From Candidatus Bathyarchaeota archaeon (GTDB taxonomy: Archaea; Thermoproteota; Bathyarchaeia; Bathyarchaeales; Bathycorpusculaceae): a DNA stretch of 64,000 bases. Where the stretch lies: positions 1,856,001 through 1,920,000 of the forward strand of contig OY970176.1 in the NCBI GenBank assembly GCA_963707955.1. The letters run 5' to 3'. Each line of letters starts with the position of its first letter. The stretch's first letter is position 1. Made by a program: the position numbers and the translations under genes. The notes beneath the pieces are model-generated. The model worked only from the letters and a program-made list of their open reading frames with translations. It did not search any database and had not been told where the DNA came from. Shown piece after piece: positions 50,331 to 59,530 of this stretch.

Positions 50331-52772
50331 TTACGGTGTCCATTCCCAAGGTTGAACCGGTTTTCGCACTGCGTGCCCAAGGGCTTTTTCGTTCAGTTCA
50401 GCAAGTCGTTCTAGAATTATCTTCTGCTCTATACTTGCGACAAGCTTCCTAGTGGCTACCACTGCATCATTGTTTACCGAGATGCTGTCGATTCCGTTTC
50501 TCACGAGGAATTCTGCGAAGTCAGGCAGGTTTGATGGGCCTTCCCCGCATATGGATACGGTGGCCCCGTTCTCATGGGCAACTCTGATCAGATGCGCGAT
50601 TATTCTTTCCACGGCTGGGTCTCTCTCATCGAAGTATCCCATCTGCCCCAAACGTTCTGAGTCTCTGTCGATCATCAGTATGCCTTGGGTCATGTCGTTT
50701 GAGCCTATCGAGAACCCGTCGGCAAGTTTTGAGAATTCATCAGCCAGTATGGCGATTGAGGGTGTTTCAGCCATGAACCAGACTTTGAAGTCTTTTGATC
50801 TTTCCAAGCCTTCTTGTCGCATGATTTCAAGAACTGCCTTGGCTTCCCACAGAGTGCGCACAACTGGAAGCATGACATACACGTTTTTCAGTCCCCACTC
50901 TTTTCTGCATTTGATTATGGCCTGGCATTCAAGTCTGAACGCCTTTTCATACCATTGGCTTACGTAGCGGCTGCAGCCTCTCCAGCCCAGCATAGGATTT
51001 GCTTCAATGATCTCGTATTTCTCGCCGCCTTTCAGTTCTCTGTACTCGTTAGTCTTGAAGTCGCTGAAGCGTACCACCACTGGACGTGGCTGTATTGCCC
51101 TTGCGACTGTCGCTACTCCTTCTGCGAGTTTATCGACAAATTGTTGGCTTTTTCCGGTTTCTACAAATTGCATTGGGTGTTCTCCGATGTAGCTAGCTAG
51201 AATGAACTCTATGCGCATCAGTCCGATGCCCTCGAAGGGCAGGTCTTTGTAATCCGCAACCTTCTCCGGCACGCCTAAGTTCATGTAGATCTTGGTCGCC
51301 GTTGTTGGCACGGCTTGGAATGTGCCTGCACCGACACCAGCTTGGCCTGCAGCGGCGGTGCTCGCAGATGAAAGCTGTGCAGTTAATGTTTGAAGCGCGC
51401 CTTCGTAGACCACACCGCTTCTTGAGTCCACAGTGTACTCCTTTCCTGTGACCATTACCTGCGTGGCCTTCTCGGTTCCCACGACGCATGGGATGCCCAG
51501 TTCACGGCTCACTATAGCCGCGTGACAGGTTACTCCACCTTTGTCGGTGACTATCGCGCCTGCTAGTTTCATGAACGGCACATAGTCAGGGTTGGTCATG
51601 TCCGTGACGAGTATGTCGCCTTTCTTCATGACTTTGGCAGCTTCCTGTGGGTCCGCCACGATTTTGGCGATGCCTATGCCGTAGCCTCGTTTGCCAGCGG
51701 CGATTCCTTTGATAACGACCTTCAATTCCGGTTTCGCTTCTGCTGCCTCGCTTTTTGCTGGGGCCTCCGCCAACTTCGCGCTCCAAACTGTTTCAGGCCT
51801 TGATTGAGTCATGAACACGTTGTCCGGAAACTCGATGTCCCCGTCTATTGCAAACTCGATGTCTTGCGGTTTCCCATAATGCTTCTCGATTCGTTCCGCC
51901 AATTCTGCAAGCTTGGCTATCTCCTGATCGCTAATACAGGGCAACTGTTGCTTTTCCAAGGGCACCTCTTCATGTATAGTGTGCCCTGTCTTTGGATCCC
52001 TGACATATTGGACAGTTTTCTTGACTATTCGTCTCTCAATTATCTTCATTGACTCCTTGTGAACGACGAAGTCGTCAGGCGTGACAGACCCTGAAACAAC
52101 TGCTTCGCCTAGACCGTAGTTGCCCTCTATAACTATCTGACTTGTGTCGCCCGTTACAGGGTTCAGCGTGAAGATGACGCCTGCAGCCTTGGAATTCACC
52201 ATCTTCTGTACTCCGACGCTTATGAAGACTTTCTCATGTGCAAAACCTTTCTCGTTGCGGTAAAAGATTGCACGTGGAGTGAATAGGTTGGACCAGCATT
52301 TCACAGTGTTTAGGAGAACGTTTTTGACTCCTCTCGTGTTCAAAAACGTTTCTTGCTGCCCAGCGAAAGATGCGTCTGCCAAGTCTTCCGCTGTGGCGCT
52401 TGACCTGACAGCAACGAATGGTTCTTTAACGTTGATTTTCTTGCTTAGCTCTTCATAGGCAACTCTGATGGCGTTTTCAATCTCTTTAGGCATTGACGTT
52501 GCTTCGATTAGCTCACGGATTTTCTTTGAGGCCAACTCGTATTGCCCAGGGTCGTTTACGTCGGTTACTGTTTCGTCTATGATCTCATAGATCTTTGCGG
52601 CAATCTTCGTGTCTTCAATGAATTTCTTGTAGGCGTAGGCTGTTATGGCGAATCCGGGTGGGACAGGTATGCCTGCGCTCGTCATTTCGCCGAGGTTGGC
52701 GTTTTTTCCTCCCACGGACGGGATGTCTGTTTTTCTCAGGTTTTCAAACCATATCACTAAGTCTGTTCTCAT
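50331..52772 (-). CDS. ppsA: phosphoenolpyruvate synthase
   Basis: VGGKNANLGE, VRSSATAED, TCHAAIVSRELG, NPMLGWRG, SIGSND. Confidence 0.96.
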   Translation of the reverse strand: MRTDLVIWFENLRKTDIPSVGGKNANLGEMTSAGIPVPPGFAITAYAYKKFIEDTKIAAKIYEIIDETVTDVNDPGQYELASKKIRELIEATSMPKEIENAIRVAYEELSKKINVKEPFVAVRSSATAEDLADASFAGQQETFLNTRGVKNVLLNTVKCWSNLFTPRAIFYRNEKGFAHEKVFISVGVQKMVNSKAAGVIFTLNPVTGDTSQIVIEGNYGLGEAVVSGSVTPDDFVVHKESMKIIERRIVKKTVQYVRDPKTGHTIHEEVPLEKQQLPCISDQEIAKLAELAERIEKHYGKPQDIEFAIDGDIEFPDNVFMTQSRPETVWSAKLAEAPAKSEAAEAKPELKVVIKGIAAGKRGYGIGIAKIVADPQEAAKVMKKGDILVTDMTNPDYVPFMKLAGAIVTDKGGVTCHAAIVSRELGIPCVVGTEKATQVMVTGKEYTVDSRSGVVYEGALQTLTAQLSSASTAAAGQAGVGAGTFQAVPTTATKIYMNLGVPEKVADYKDLPFEGIGLMRIEFILASYIGEHPMQFVETGKSQQFVDKLAEGVATVARAIQPRPVVVRFSDFKTNEYRELKGGEKYEIIEANPMLGWRGCSRYVSQWYEKAFRLECQAIIKCRKEWGLKNVYVMLPVVRTLWEAKAVLEIMRQEGLERSKDFKVWFMAETPSIAILADEFSKLADGFSIGSNDMTQGILMIDRDSERLGQMGYFDERDPAVERIIAHLIRVAHENGATVSICGEGPSNLPDFAEFLVRNGIDSISVNNDAVVATRKLVASIEQKIILERLAELNEKALGHAVRKPVQPWEWTP

Positions 52773-52773
52773 T

Positions 52774-53292
52774 TCAGTCAACTGTCTTCGCCTCTTCAGT
52801 TTCAAGTTTTTCAATCACGATCCGACAGGGCATTGGAAGCTTTGCGCTTCCACGCTTAAGAGATTCCTTGGCGAGTTCAACAGCGTCCCCGTTCACGAAA
52901 ACGCTGATGATCGTCTGGTTGGGTCTGACGCGTGCGGCTGTGCCTATTGGTTTTCCGAAAGATCTGCGCATACCATCTTGAAGACGATCTGCGTGTGCGC
53001 CGAAAATCATCTTGTTCTCCCGAAGTATGGTGTGCGGGTAGGGACGAACCTGTAACTGATAATTGTTAACCAGCTTCTCCATCAACAAGCGGTTCGTCGC
53101 CACACGGGCAGCTTCTAAAGCGTTGTGACGAATCTGCGCCGCTTCGAGGGATATGAGTTTTCCCTCGTATCCAAAGCTGGATTTTGTGTCGCCCATGGTG
53201 AACTTGGTTATTTTGGGCTGGGGAAAACCCTTTATGAACTCTCTTCTCGTGTAAGCTTGTCCTTTTACGGCTCTGTAGTTTTTTGCTTTCAT
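52774..53292 (-). CDS. rpl10e: 50S ribosomal protein L10e (uL16)
   Basis: ALEAARV, LRENK, ADRLQDGMRRSFGKP. Confidence 0.96.
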   Translation of the reverse strand: MKAKNYRAVKGQAYTRREFIKGFPQPKITKFTMGDTKSSFGYEGKLISLEAAQIRHNALEAARVATNRLLMEKLVNNYQLQVRPYPHTILRENKMIFGAHADRLQDGMRRSFGKPIGTAARVRPNQTIISVFVNGDAVELAKESLKRGSAKLPMPCRIVIEKLETEEAKTVD

Positions 53293-53464
53293 GGTGGTTC
53301 CCTTTAGCATACCTTAAGCCGCTGTATTTAAACATTTAACAGTCAAAGCAGAACATACTTCTATAAATGATTGATTTGTTTTCTGGTTCACTGATACGTA
53401 TTTTGAGCCCACTTTGCCCCTGTGGTGTATTTCTCTGCCGTTCTAAAACACGACGTTGCAAACC

Positions 53465-53986
53465 TCACGGCAGTAGCCTTTTGTTCTTGAGCCATGCTTT
53501 GGCCAGCTCCTCGTAGTTTGGAAAGACTTTTTTCAGGGTTGGAATGTACATCTGCATTTCTTCCTCGCTCATGTACTGAAACTGGTATTCTCCCATGTAC
53601 GGTGAGGGCTGGCCTTCTCTTGTTACGAATTCCACGTGCATGAAAGGGTCTCCTCTCTTGATTATGATGGGATGATGGTCGTTGCTGAGGTTCACTACTT
53701 CAAGGGCTAGTCGGCCGATGAATCCGCTGTGCACCTTCGCGGCGTTCAGGAAGGACAGGCCCATTCTACCGTACTTGCTCTTTGCAGTCATGTGAGCAAC
53801 GTAGTTTGGCGGGACGAAGACTATTTCGTGGGATATCAGGTTTTTATGCTCCATGTAGTGTAGGGTTGTTTCTTCCCTGACAGTCAGAATGTAGCCGTCG
53901 CCGTCGAGTAGGTTGTAATCGTAAGGGTATACGATTTTGTAACTGTCGATGAGTTCCTTCAACTTGTCTTTGCCCAAGACACACAT
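53465..53986 (-). CDS. divergent dCTP deaminase/dUTPase-fold protein
   Basis: KSKYGRMGL, SGFIGRLALE, PYMGEYQFQ. Confidence 0.75.
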   Translation of the reverse strand: MCVLGKDKLKELIDSYKIVYPYDYNLLDGDGYILTVREETTLHYMEHKNLISHEIVFVPPNYVAHMTAKSKYGRMGLSFLNAAKVHSGFIGRLALEVVNLSNDHHPIIIKRGDPFMHVEFVTREGQPSPYMGEYQFQYMSEEEMQMYIPTLKKVFPNYEELAKAWLKNKRLLP

Positions 53987-54078
53987 TTGCTGAGATCCCC
54001 TGAGTGCTTTCCTAGCAATATTGAAGCTCTGTTGTTATATAGCTTTTTGATAGAACAGTAGAATGGGAAGAGTGACTC

Positions 54079-54678
54079 ATGAAGTGCCACTACTGTTGCA
54101 GAGACGCAGTGTTCAAGTGCGGTTTGTGCGGGAAGTTTCTCTGCGGAGAGCATGCACAACTCAGAACCGCCTGTCCCGAATGCGTAAGGAAAACTAAACT
54201 CGAATACACTATTGACAGAGCGACTTCTGAGGAGAAAAAGAACGAGATCGGAGGGTTTGTTAGAGGTTTTTGGGGAGAAGAAGAGCAGCTGACCTTTGAC
54301 CGAAAATTCAAGGTTACAGAACTGCCAGCGTACGTTGCGAGATTCAAAGACGGCGTAGTTGGCTTCATCTCTACTGCAGAGGTGGATGATGCTATCATCA
54401 TTGTAGCCTTAGGGGTCTTGCCTCAGTATCAAAGCTCAGGCTTGAGCAAAGGACTTGTTAAGAAAGTCGAAGATGGGGCTATTCGAAGAAAAAAGAAAAG
54501 GCTACTTGTTTCAACGTCGAACGATGATTTACCTGCATTGGCCTTCTACCAGTCTGTTGGCTTCCAGATTTGCGGAGTGAAGCCTAACGTCATAGCTGAG
54601 AAACACGGAAAAATTCTTATGGGCATAGGAAACCTGCCGATAAGAGACGAGTTAAGGCTTCAGAAAAGACTAGGATGA
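54079..54678 (+). CDS. zinc-finger-GNAT acetyltransferase fusion
   Basis: N-terminal CxxC/CxxC/CxxH/CxxC; PQYQSSGL, STSNDDLPALAFYQ..GF. Confidence 0.82.
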   Translation: MKCHYCCRDAVFKCGLCGKFLCGEHAQLRTACPECVRKTKLEYTIDRATSEEKKNEIGGFVRGFWGEEEQLTFDRKFKVTELPAYVARFKDGVVGFISTAEVDDAIIIVALGVLPQYQSSGLSKGLVKKVEDGAIRRKKKRLLVSTSNDDLPALAFYQSVGFQICGVKPNVIAEKHGKILMGIGNLPIRDELRLQKRLG

Positions 54679-55188
54679 TCAGTTTTCCTGAGAGAAAGTC
54701 TCAAGCAGGGTTTTCGTGATCTTCTTAGCAACGGCGTCAACTTCTGGGGATAGACCCTCTCCGAAATCGGTCTCTTTAGGTTCTATGAGTAGTAGCGCGA
54801 TCCTCGCTTTGGTTGCCTTGGAAAGGTACTCGCAAAATATGCGTAGCGGAAGCATGTGGGTTGAGAATGCAGGCGTGGCTATCAGTTTTTCGGGTTCATG
54901 AAGCTCAGAGTCACCGGGTTTTAATCCTAGAACTGCTGCGTCTATGAGGAGAATGTGTGTCGGGTTGAAGTCGATTATTTGCTCGATGTAGCTTTCCGGA
55001 ATCGTTTCACACTCGACTAGAAGGACTTTTTTCGAGACTTTTCCTTTCAGGTTCTGGACGATTTTGACCCCGATGAAGTCGTCCCTGCGTATTGGATTTC
55101 CGATTCCGGCTAGAACAAGCCTTTCAGCTCTTCCTAGCCACTTGCTCAACTCTTCTTGGACATTATACTTCACAGTTTTGTTTGGCAT
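54679..55188 (-). CDS. hycI: hydrogenase maturation protease (HycI-like)
   Basis: GIGNPIRRDD, IDAA, STHMLPL, FGEGLS. Confidence 0.92.
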   Translation of the reverse strand: MPNKTVKYNVQEELSKWLGRAERLVLAGIGNPIRRDDFIGVKIVQNLKGKVSKKVLLVECETIPESYIEQIIDFNPTHILLIDAAVLGLKPGDSELHEPEKLIATPAFSTHMLPLRIFCEYLSKATKARIALLLIEPKETDFGEGLSPEVDAVAKKITKTLLETFSQEN

Positions 55189-55234
55189 TAGAAATCGCCG
55201 CGGAAGCAGAAAATGAAGGAGTGAGAAAGGGGGT

Positions 55235-56689
55235 TTACCTTTTCACGATCTTGATTAGTTTTTTCTCGTAGTCGTAGATCTCGACCGTCAGCGGCATCTG
55301 TCCAACTGCGTAGTGTGTTGCGCATCCGAAGCACGGGTCGTAGGCTCTGAAAGCCATTTCTACCATGTTGAGTAGGCCTTGGTTCACTTCGCCACCGTGA
55401 ATCAGGCCTTTGGCTGCGTCACGGATCGACATGCAGATTGCTGGATAATTGTTGGTCGTGGCAACGATCATGTTGACGTCTTTGACCAGGGCATCCTTAT
55501 CCAACACGTAGTGGTGGTAGAGCGTACCTCTTGCTGCTTCGACGACGCCTACGCCCTCACCGGGTTCACCTGGTTTAGCGCGTATGTTCGTGCCCGTAAT
55601 CTCTGGGTCTCTTACCAGTTCTAGGGCTCGTTCAGTAGCGTAGAGCAACTCAATTAGCCGTGCCCAGTGGAAGGCCAGGGTGCCGTGCACAGGTTTGCCG
55701 CCGAGAGTCTTGTACATCTCGTCGTGCTCGGCTTGAGCCAGCGGTGTGGCCATGCCGCTCGAAGCGTTCAGTCTTGCAAGCGGGCCGACTCGGTAAACTC
55801 CGCTGTCAGGTCCGTAAACTAGACCCTTCCATCCCACCTTCTTCAAGTATGGGAACTTCGAGTAAGTCCACTCTTCCACGTGTTCGGCGACGTGAGTCAA
55901 GTAGTCTTTAGGTTCAAACTTCAGGAATTCTTTCCCATCGGGATCGACTACCCTGATTTTTCCGTCGTAGAAGTTCACTTTGTTGTTCTCGTCGACAAGG
56001 CCCATGTAGTATGTCTTCATAGTGTAGGCGTCGCTCTTGATCATGTCAACATACTTGCTGTTGCCCAGAACGATGTCGTGGAATATTTTAAGCGTCAGTT
56101 TCGCGAATTCCAGCGATGACGCGGCCATCTTTTCGATTTCCTGTCTGTTCTCTTCGGTGAGGGCCTTAGAGATTCCGCCGGGCAGTCCGCACACGGGGTG
56201 CGTCGCTTTTCCTCCGAGAATCTCTGTTATCTTTTGACCGTAGGCTCTGTGTTTGATGACTTCTTTGGCAACGTCCATGCCTGCTTTTTCAATGACGCCA
56301 AGGATGTTTCTTTTCTCAGGCGGAGCGTCGGGGCCGACTATGAAGTCTGGGCCCCCTAGGTAGTAGAAGTGGAGTGTGTGGTCGTAGATGATGTATCCAG
56401 CGTACATGAGTTCCCTGAGTTTCTTGGCTGTGGACGGTGGTTCAACGTTGAAAGCAGCGTCTAAGGCTTTAACTGAAGCGAAGTGATGGGCAACAGGGCA
56501 GACTCCGCAGATTCTGGTGGTCAAAATCGGCATGAGTTCAGCTCTTCTTCCGATGCAGAACTGCTCGAAACCTCTCAGTTCGGGAATCTTCAGGTAAGCG
56601 TTTTCTACTTCTCCTGCATCGTTGAGAAATATTGAAACGTTCCCGTGGCCCTCGAGTCTCGTGATCGGGTCGATGACTATTTCCTTCAT
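55235..56689 (-). CDS. mvhA: [NiFe]-hydrogenase group 3c large subunit
   Basis: TRLEGHG, RICGVC, RAYDPCFGCATH. Confidence 0.95.
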   Translation of the reverse strand: MKEIVIDPITRLEGHGNVSIFLNDAGEVENAYLKIPELRGFEQFCIGRRAELMPILTTRICGVCPVAHHFASVKALDAAFNVEPPSTAKKLRELMYAGYIIYDHTLHFYYLGGPDFIVGPDAPPEKRNILGVIEKAGMDVAKEVIKHRAYGQKITEILGGKATHPVCGLPGGISKALTEENRQEIEKMAASSLEFAKLTLKIFHDIVLGNSKYVDMIKSDAYTMKTYYMGLVDENNKVNFYDGKIRVVDPDGKEFLKFEPKDYLTHVAEHVEEWTYSKFPYLKKVGWKGLVYGPDSGVYRVGPLARLNASSGMATPLAQAEHDEMYKTLGGKPVHGTLAFHWARLIELLYATERALELVRDPEITGTNIRAKPGEPGEGVGVVEAARGTLYHHYVLDKDALVKDVNMIVATTNNYPAICMSIRDAAKGLIHGGEVNQGLLNMVEMAFRAYDPCFGCATHYAVGQMPLTVEIYDYEKKLIKIVKR

Positions 56690-57672
56690 TTTTTCATCAC
56701 TTTCCTTCTGAGAATCGATGATGGTAACGAGTACATGTAGAAAGTTCCCACAGGGTCTTTGACTTGGCTCATAAGCTTCTCAACTTCCTCTTCCGTGGCG
56801 TAGTGTTCCTGTTCGCCTTCCAGACCCATTATGGAGGCCAACGCACCTAGCATGGCTGACCCCTGCTCTGGCGCGTTAGGACACGGTCCGCCGCATCCTG
56901 TGCAAGGCATGTCAACCGTCAGGCATTGTGCTCCGCATCCGCTGCGGGTCGCTGGGCCCATGCATATGATCCCTTGCTCGAGCAAGCATCGTTCGGGCTC
57001 GGGAGTTTTTTCATGGACTCGGTATATCTTGGATATCTTTTTGTTTTCTTTCTTTCGCGGACATTCGTCGCACACAGACTTTAGGGGGGCAAGCACTGAG
57101 CCTTTTGGCGGTAACTCATTTTTGGCTATGGCTTCCACAGCGTTTACTATGAGTTTGACTGGAGGCGGGCATCCGGGCAAGTAATAGTCGACATCTACGG
57201 TTTGATCCAGAGTTTTGACTGTGTCATAAAACTCTGGAAGCTTCAGCACGCCTTCTTTCACTTCGGACCTTGTTTTGGGGACTACTCCTTTGGGGTTCGA
57301 GATCGACTTGCTTTCTAGATACACTTTACTGAAAATCTCTTTTCGATCGTGAAGGTTGGCAAGGCCAGGTACGCATCCTTCTTGGGCACATGAGCCGAAG
57401 GCCACGAGCGTCTTGGATTTGAGTCTCAAGAGCTTAGCCATGTGTTCTTGCTCTGCGCTCCTCACTGAACCGTTGAAGAAGCAGACGTCGATGTACTTGT
57501 CAGGCATGGCTTCGACGTCCTTGTATTTCACGTCCATAGCCACTGGCCAGAAGACTATGTCTGCAATGTTCACTACGTCTAGAATCTTCTCGTTCATGTC
57601 CAAGACTGCGATTTCGCATCCGCCGCAGCTCGCAGCCCAGTAGAGACCTATTTTCAGCTTTTCTTTAGGCAT
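56686..57672 (-). CDS. mvhG: [NiFe]-hydrogenase small subunit
   Basis: SCGGC, FGSCA, PGCPP, CMGPATRSGC. Confidence 0.94.
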   Translation of the reverse strand: MPKEKLKIGLYWAASCGGCEIAVLDMNEKILDVVNIADIVFWPVAMDVKYKDVEAMPDKYIDVCFFNGSVRSAEQEHMAKLLRLKSKTLVAFGSCAQEGCVPGLANLHDRKEIFSKVYLESKSISNPKGVVPKTRSEVKEGVLKLPEFYDTVKTLDQTVDVDYYLPGCPPPVKLIVNAVEAIAKNELPPKGSVLAPLKSVCDECPRKKENKKISKIYRVHEKTPEPERCLLEQGIICMGPATRSGCGAQCLTVDMPCTGCGGPCPNAPEQGSAMLGALASIMGLEGEQEHYATEEEVEKLMSQVKDPVGTFYMYSLPSSILRRKVMKK

Positions 57673-58561
57673 ATGCTTTTACCTCACAGACTTGTCCTAA
57701 TATCTTTGAGCAGTCAACTCGAAGCTCGTTAAACGCCAGTTCCTCAGGTGGCAATCCCATCGCTAAACCGAGCAGCTGTGGATAGTGCAGCACGGGGATG
57801 CCGTAGACTTCGTTAAACATTTTCTCGATGCGAAGCTCGTTTGTGTCGTACATTATGTGGCAGAACGGGCAGATGGTTATCAGGGCCTGGGCTTCAACCT
57901 TCTTGATGTGATTGAGTTTGTCTCTGGCAAGCTGCAACGCAATTTTGTCGTTGACACCCACGCTTGGGGCGCCGCAGCATTCCGTTTCGTCCAAGTAGTC
58001 TAGACACGTCGCGCCTGTCGCTTCAATGAGAGTTTTGAGGGTCTGCGGGTCCTCAGGATCATCGAAACCGATGTACTCCTTGGGTCTCAAGATGTGGCAA
58101 CCGTTGTGTTCGGCAACTTTGATCATCGTGAGCGGTTTAACGATAGCCTTCTTTATCTTATCCAAGCCGACATCTTCGATCAGCACCTGCATCATGTGCT
58201 TCGCGTTTACGGTTCCCTTAAACTCCAACCCAGCTTCTTTCAGGTGCTTGTTGATCTCTTCGCGAAGAGCCCTGTCTTCCTTCAGCATCTTGCTGACTTT
58301 CTTGAGCGTTCCGGCGCAGCCAGGGCACAGGGCTATTATGTTCAGGCCTTTCTGTTCGGCCATGGCCAGGTTTCTGGCTGCCAGTACGAGCATCGTCTCG
58401 TGGCTTACAGGGTCTAGCGGTAAGCCGCAACAGTTGAACTCGGGCATTTCAACAAGCTCTACTCCTAGTTTTTGCAGGACTTTGCGAGCTGAGATTTCGT
58501 AAGCTGAAACACGGTAGGGAATTGCACACCCGAGAAACATGAGGTACTTGAGCTCGGCCAT
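57665..58561 (-). CDS. hdrB: heterodisulfide reductase subunit B
   Basis: FLGC, two CCG domains, CPFC. Confidence 0.94.
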   Translation of the reverse strand: MAELKYLMFLGCAIPYRVSAYEISARKVLQKLGVELVEMPEFNCCGLPLDPVSHETMLVLAARNLAMAEQKGLNIIALCPGCAGTLKKVSKMLKEDRALREEINKHLKEAGLEFKGTVNAKHMMQVLIEDVGLDKIKKAIVKPLTMIKVAEHNGCHILRPKEYIGFDDPEDPQTLKTLIEATGATCLDYLDETECCGAPSVGVNDKIALQLARDKLNHIKKVEAQALITICPFCHIMYDTNELRIEKMFNEVYGIPVLHYPQLLGLAMGLPPEELAFNELRVDCSKILGQVCEVKAYA

Positions 58562-58562
58562 T

Positions 58563-59093
58563 CTAGTCACTCTTCTTCTCAATGCACTTCATGAGGTTCA
58601 CGTCGTGGAGCGTTTTGCGTATGCTCTCGGGGTTGCCTTTCGGCAGCGGAGGCAGTCCCAGTGTTTGTCGCTTCTTCAATCTCAGTTCTGGAATCCTGTA
58701 AGCGTAGCCTGATTCAAGTATGCTTGCGGCTTCCTCTTTGAACACTTGTGGCACCATGCCTTGTTCAGCCGCTATGTTTCTCAGCACCCGTATGACGCTC
58801 GCAACTTCAACGTCCTGTGGGCATCTGTCTGTGCACGTGAAGCATGCAGCGCACAGCCATATCGTATCGCTCTTCAGCACTCGGTCCTTGAGTCCCAGGT
58901 GTGCCATGCGGATGATCTGTCTTGGACGGTAAGTTTCGCTGAACCTTGCAACTGGGCAGTCTGACGTGCATGTTCCACACTGGAAGCAGCGCATCAGTTT
59001 TTCCCCGCCGTGCATCTTTGCAACTTCATACTTGAATTTGGGGTCGATTTCGGAGGCTTGAATTGGTTTCTGCTTCTGTTCTTGTTCCGTCAT
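58563..59093 (-). CDS. hdrC: heterodisulfide reductase subunit C
   Basis: CFQCGTCTSDCP, WLCAACFTCTDRCP. Confidence 0.94.
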   Translation of the reverse strand: MTEQEQKQKPIQASEIDPKFKYEVAKMHGGEKLMRCFQCGTCTSDCPVARFSETYRPRQIIRMAHLGLKDRVLKSDTIWLCAACFTCTDRCPQDVEVASVIRVLRNIAAEQGMVPQVFKEEAASILESGYAYRIPELRLKKRQTLGLPPLPKGNPESIRKTLHDVNLMKCIEKKSD

Positions 59094-59530
59094 TTCGCTT
59101 CATCCTCCATGTTTTTCACGGGGTTCGGCCCGATCTTCTTCAAGTCTTCCACCATGTCGCGCACGATCGTGGCAAACTTGTCTCCCTCACTCGCTGAGAC
59201 CCACTCGAGCCTCACGCGTTCCGGCTCGATTCCGAGTTCTTTCAAAGTGTTCTTCAGCAGAGTTATTCTTCTCAAAGCCTTAAAGTTTCCACTTATGTAG
59301 TGGCAGTCGGACGGCAGATGGCAGCCAGCGACGAGCACTCCGTCTGCGCCATCCTTGAAGGCCTCAAAAATGAAAGCTGGGTCGATTCTGCCGCTGCACA
59401 TGACGCGTATGATCCTGATGTTTGTTGGATACTGAATTCTGCTTACTCCTGCCAGATCCGCGCCTGCATAACTGCACCAATTGCACAGGAACCCGATTAT
59501 CTTTGGTTCAAACCCATCCTTGTCGCTCAT
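59090..59530 (-). CDS. mvhD: hydrogenase Fe-S subunit D
   Basis: CNWCSYAGAD, VMCSGR, GC...DCHY. Confidence 0.95.
   Translation of the reverse strand: MSDKDGFEPKIIGFLCNWCSYAGADLAGVSRIQYPTNIRIIRVMCSGRIDPAFIFEAFKDGADGVLVAGCHLPSDCHYISGNFKALRRITLLKNTLKELGIEPERVRLEWVSASEGDKFATIVRDMVEDLKKIGPNPVKNMEDEAK

Noticed and set aside
5276-51400. Six-base GCGCGC hits inside CDSs (e.g. near 5276, 22561, 31135, 42855, 43872, 48242, 51395)
   Set aside because: Compatible with chance for a 6-mer; not counted as junction motifs.
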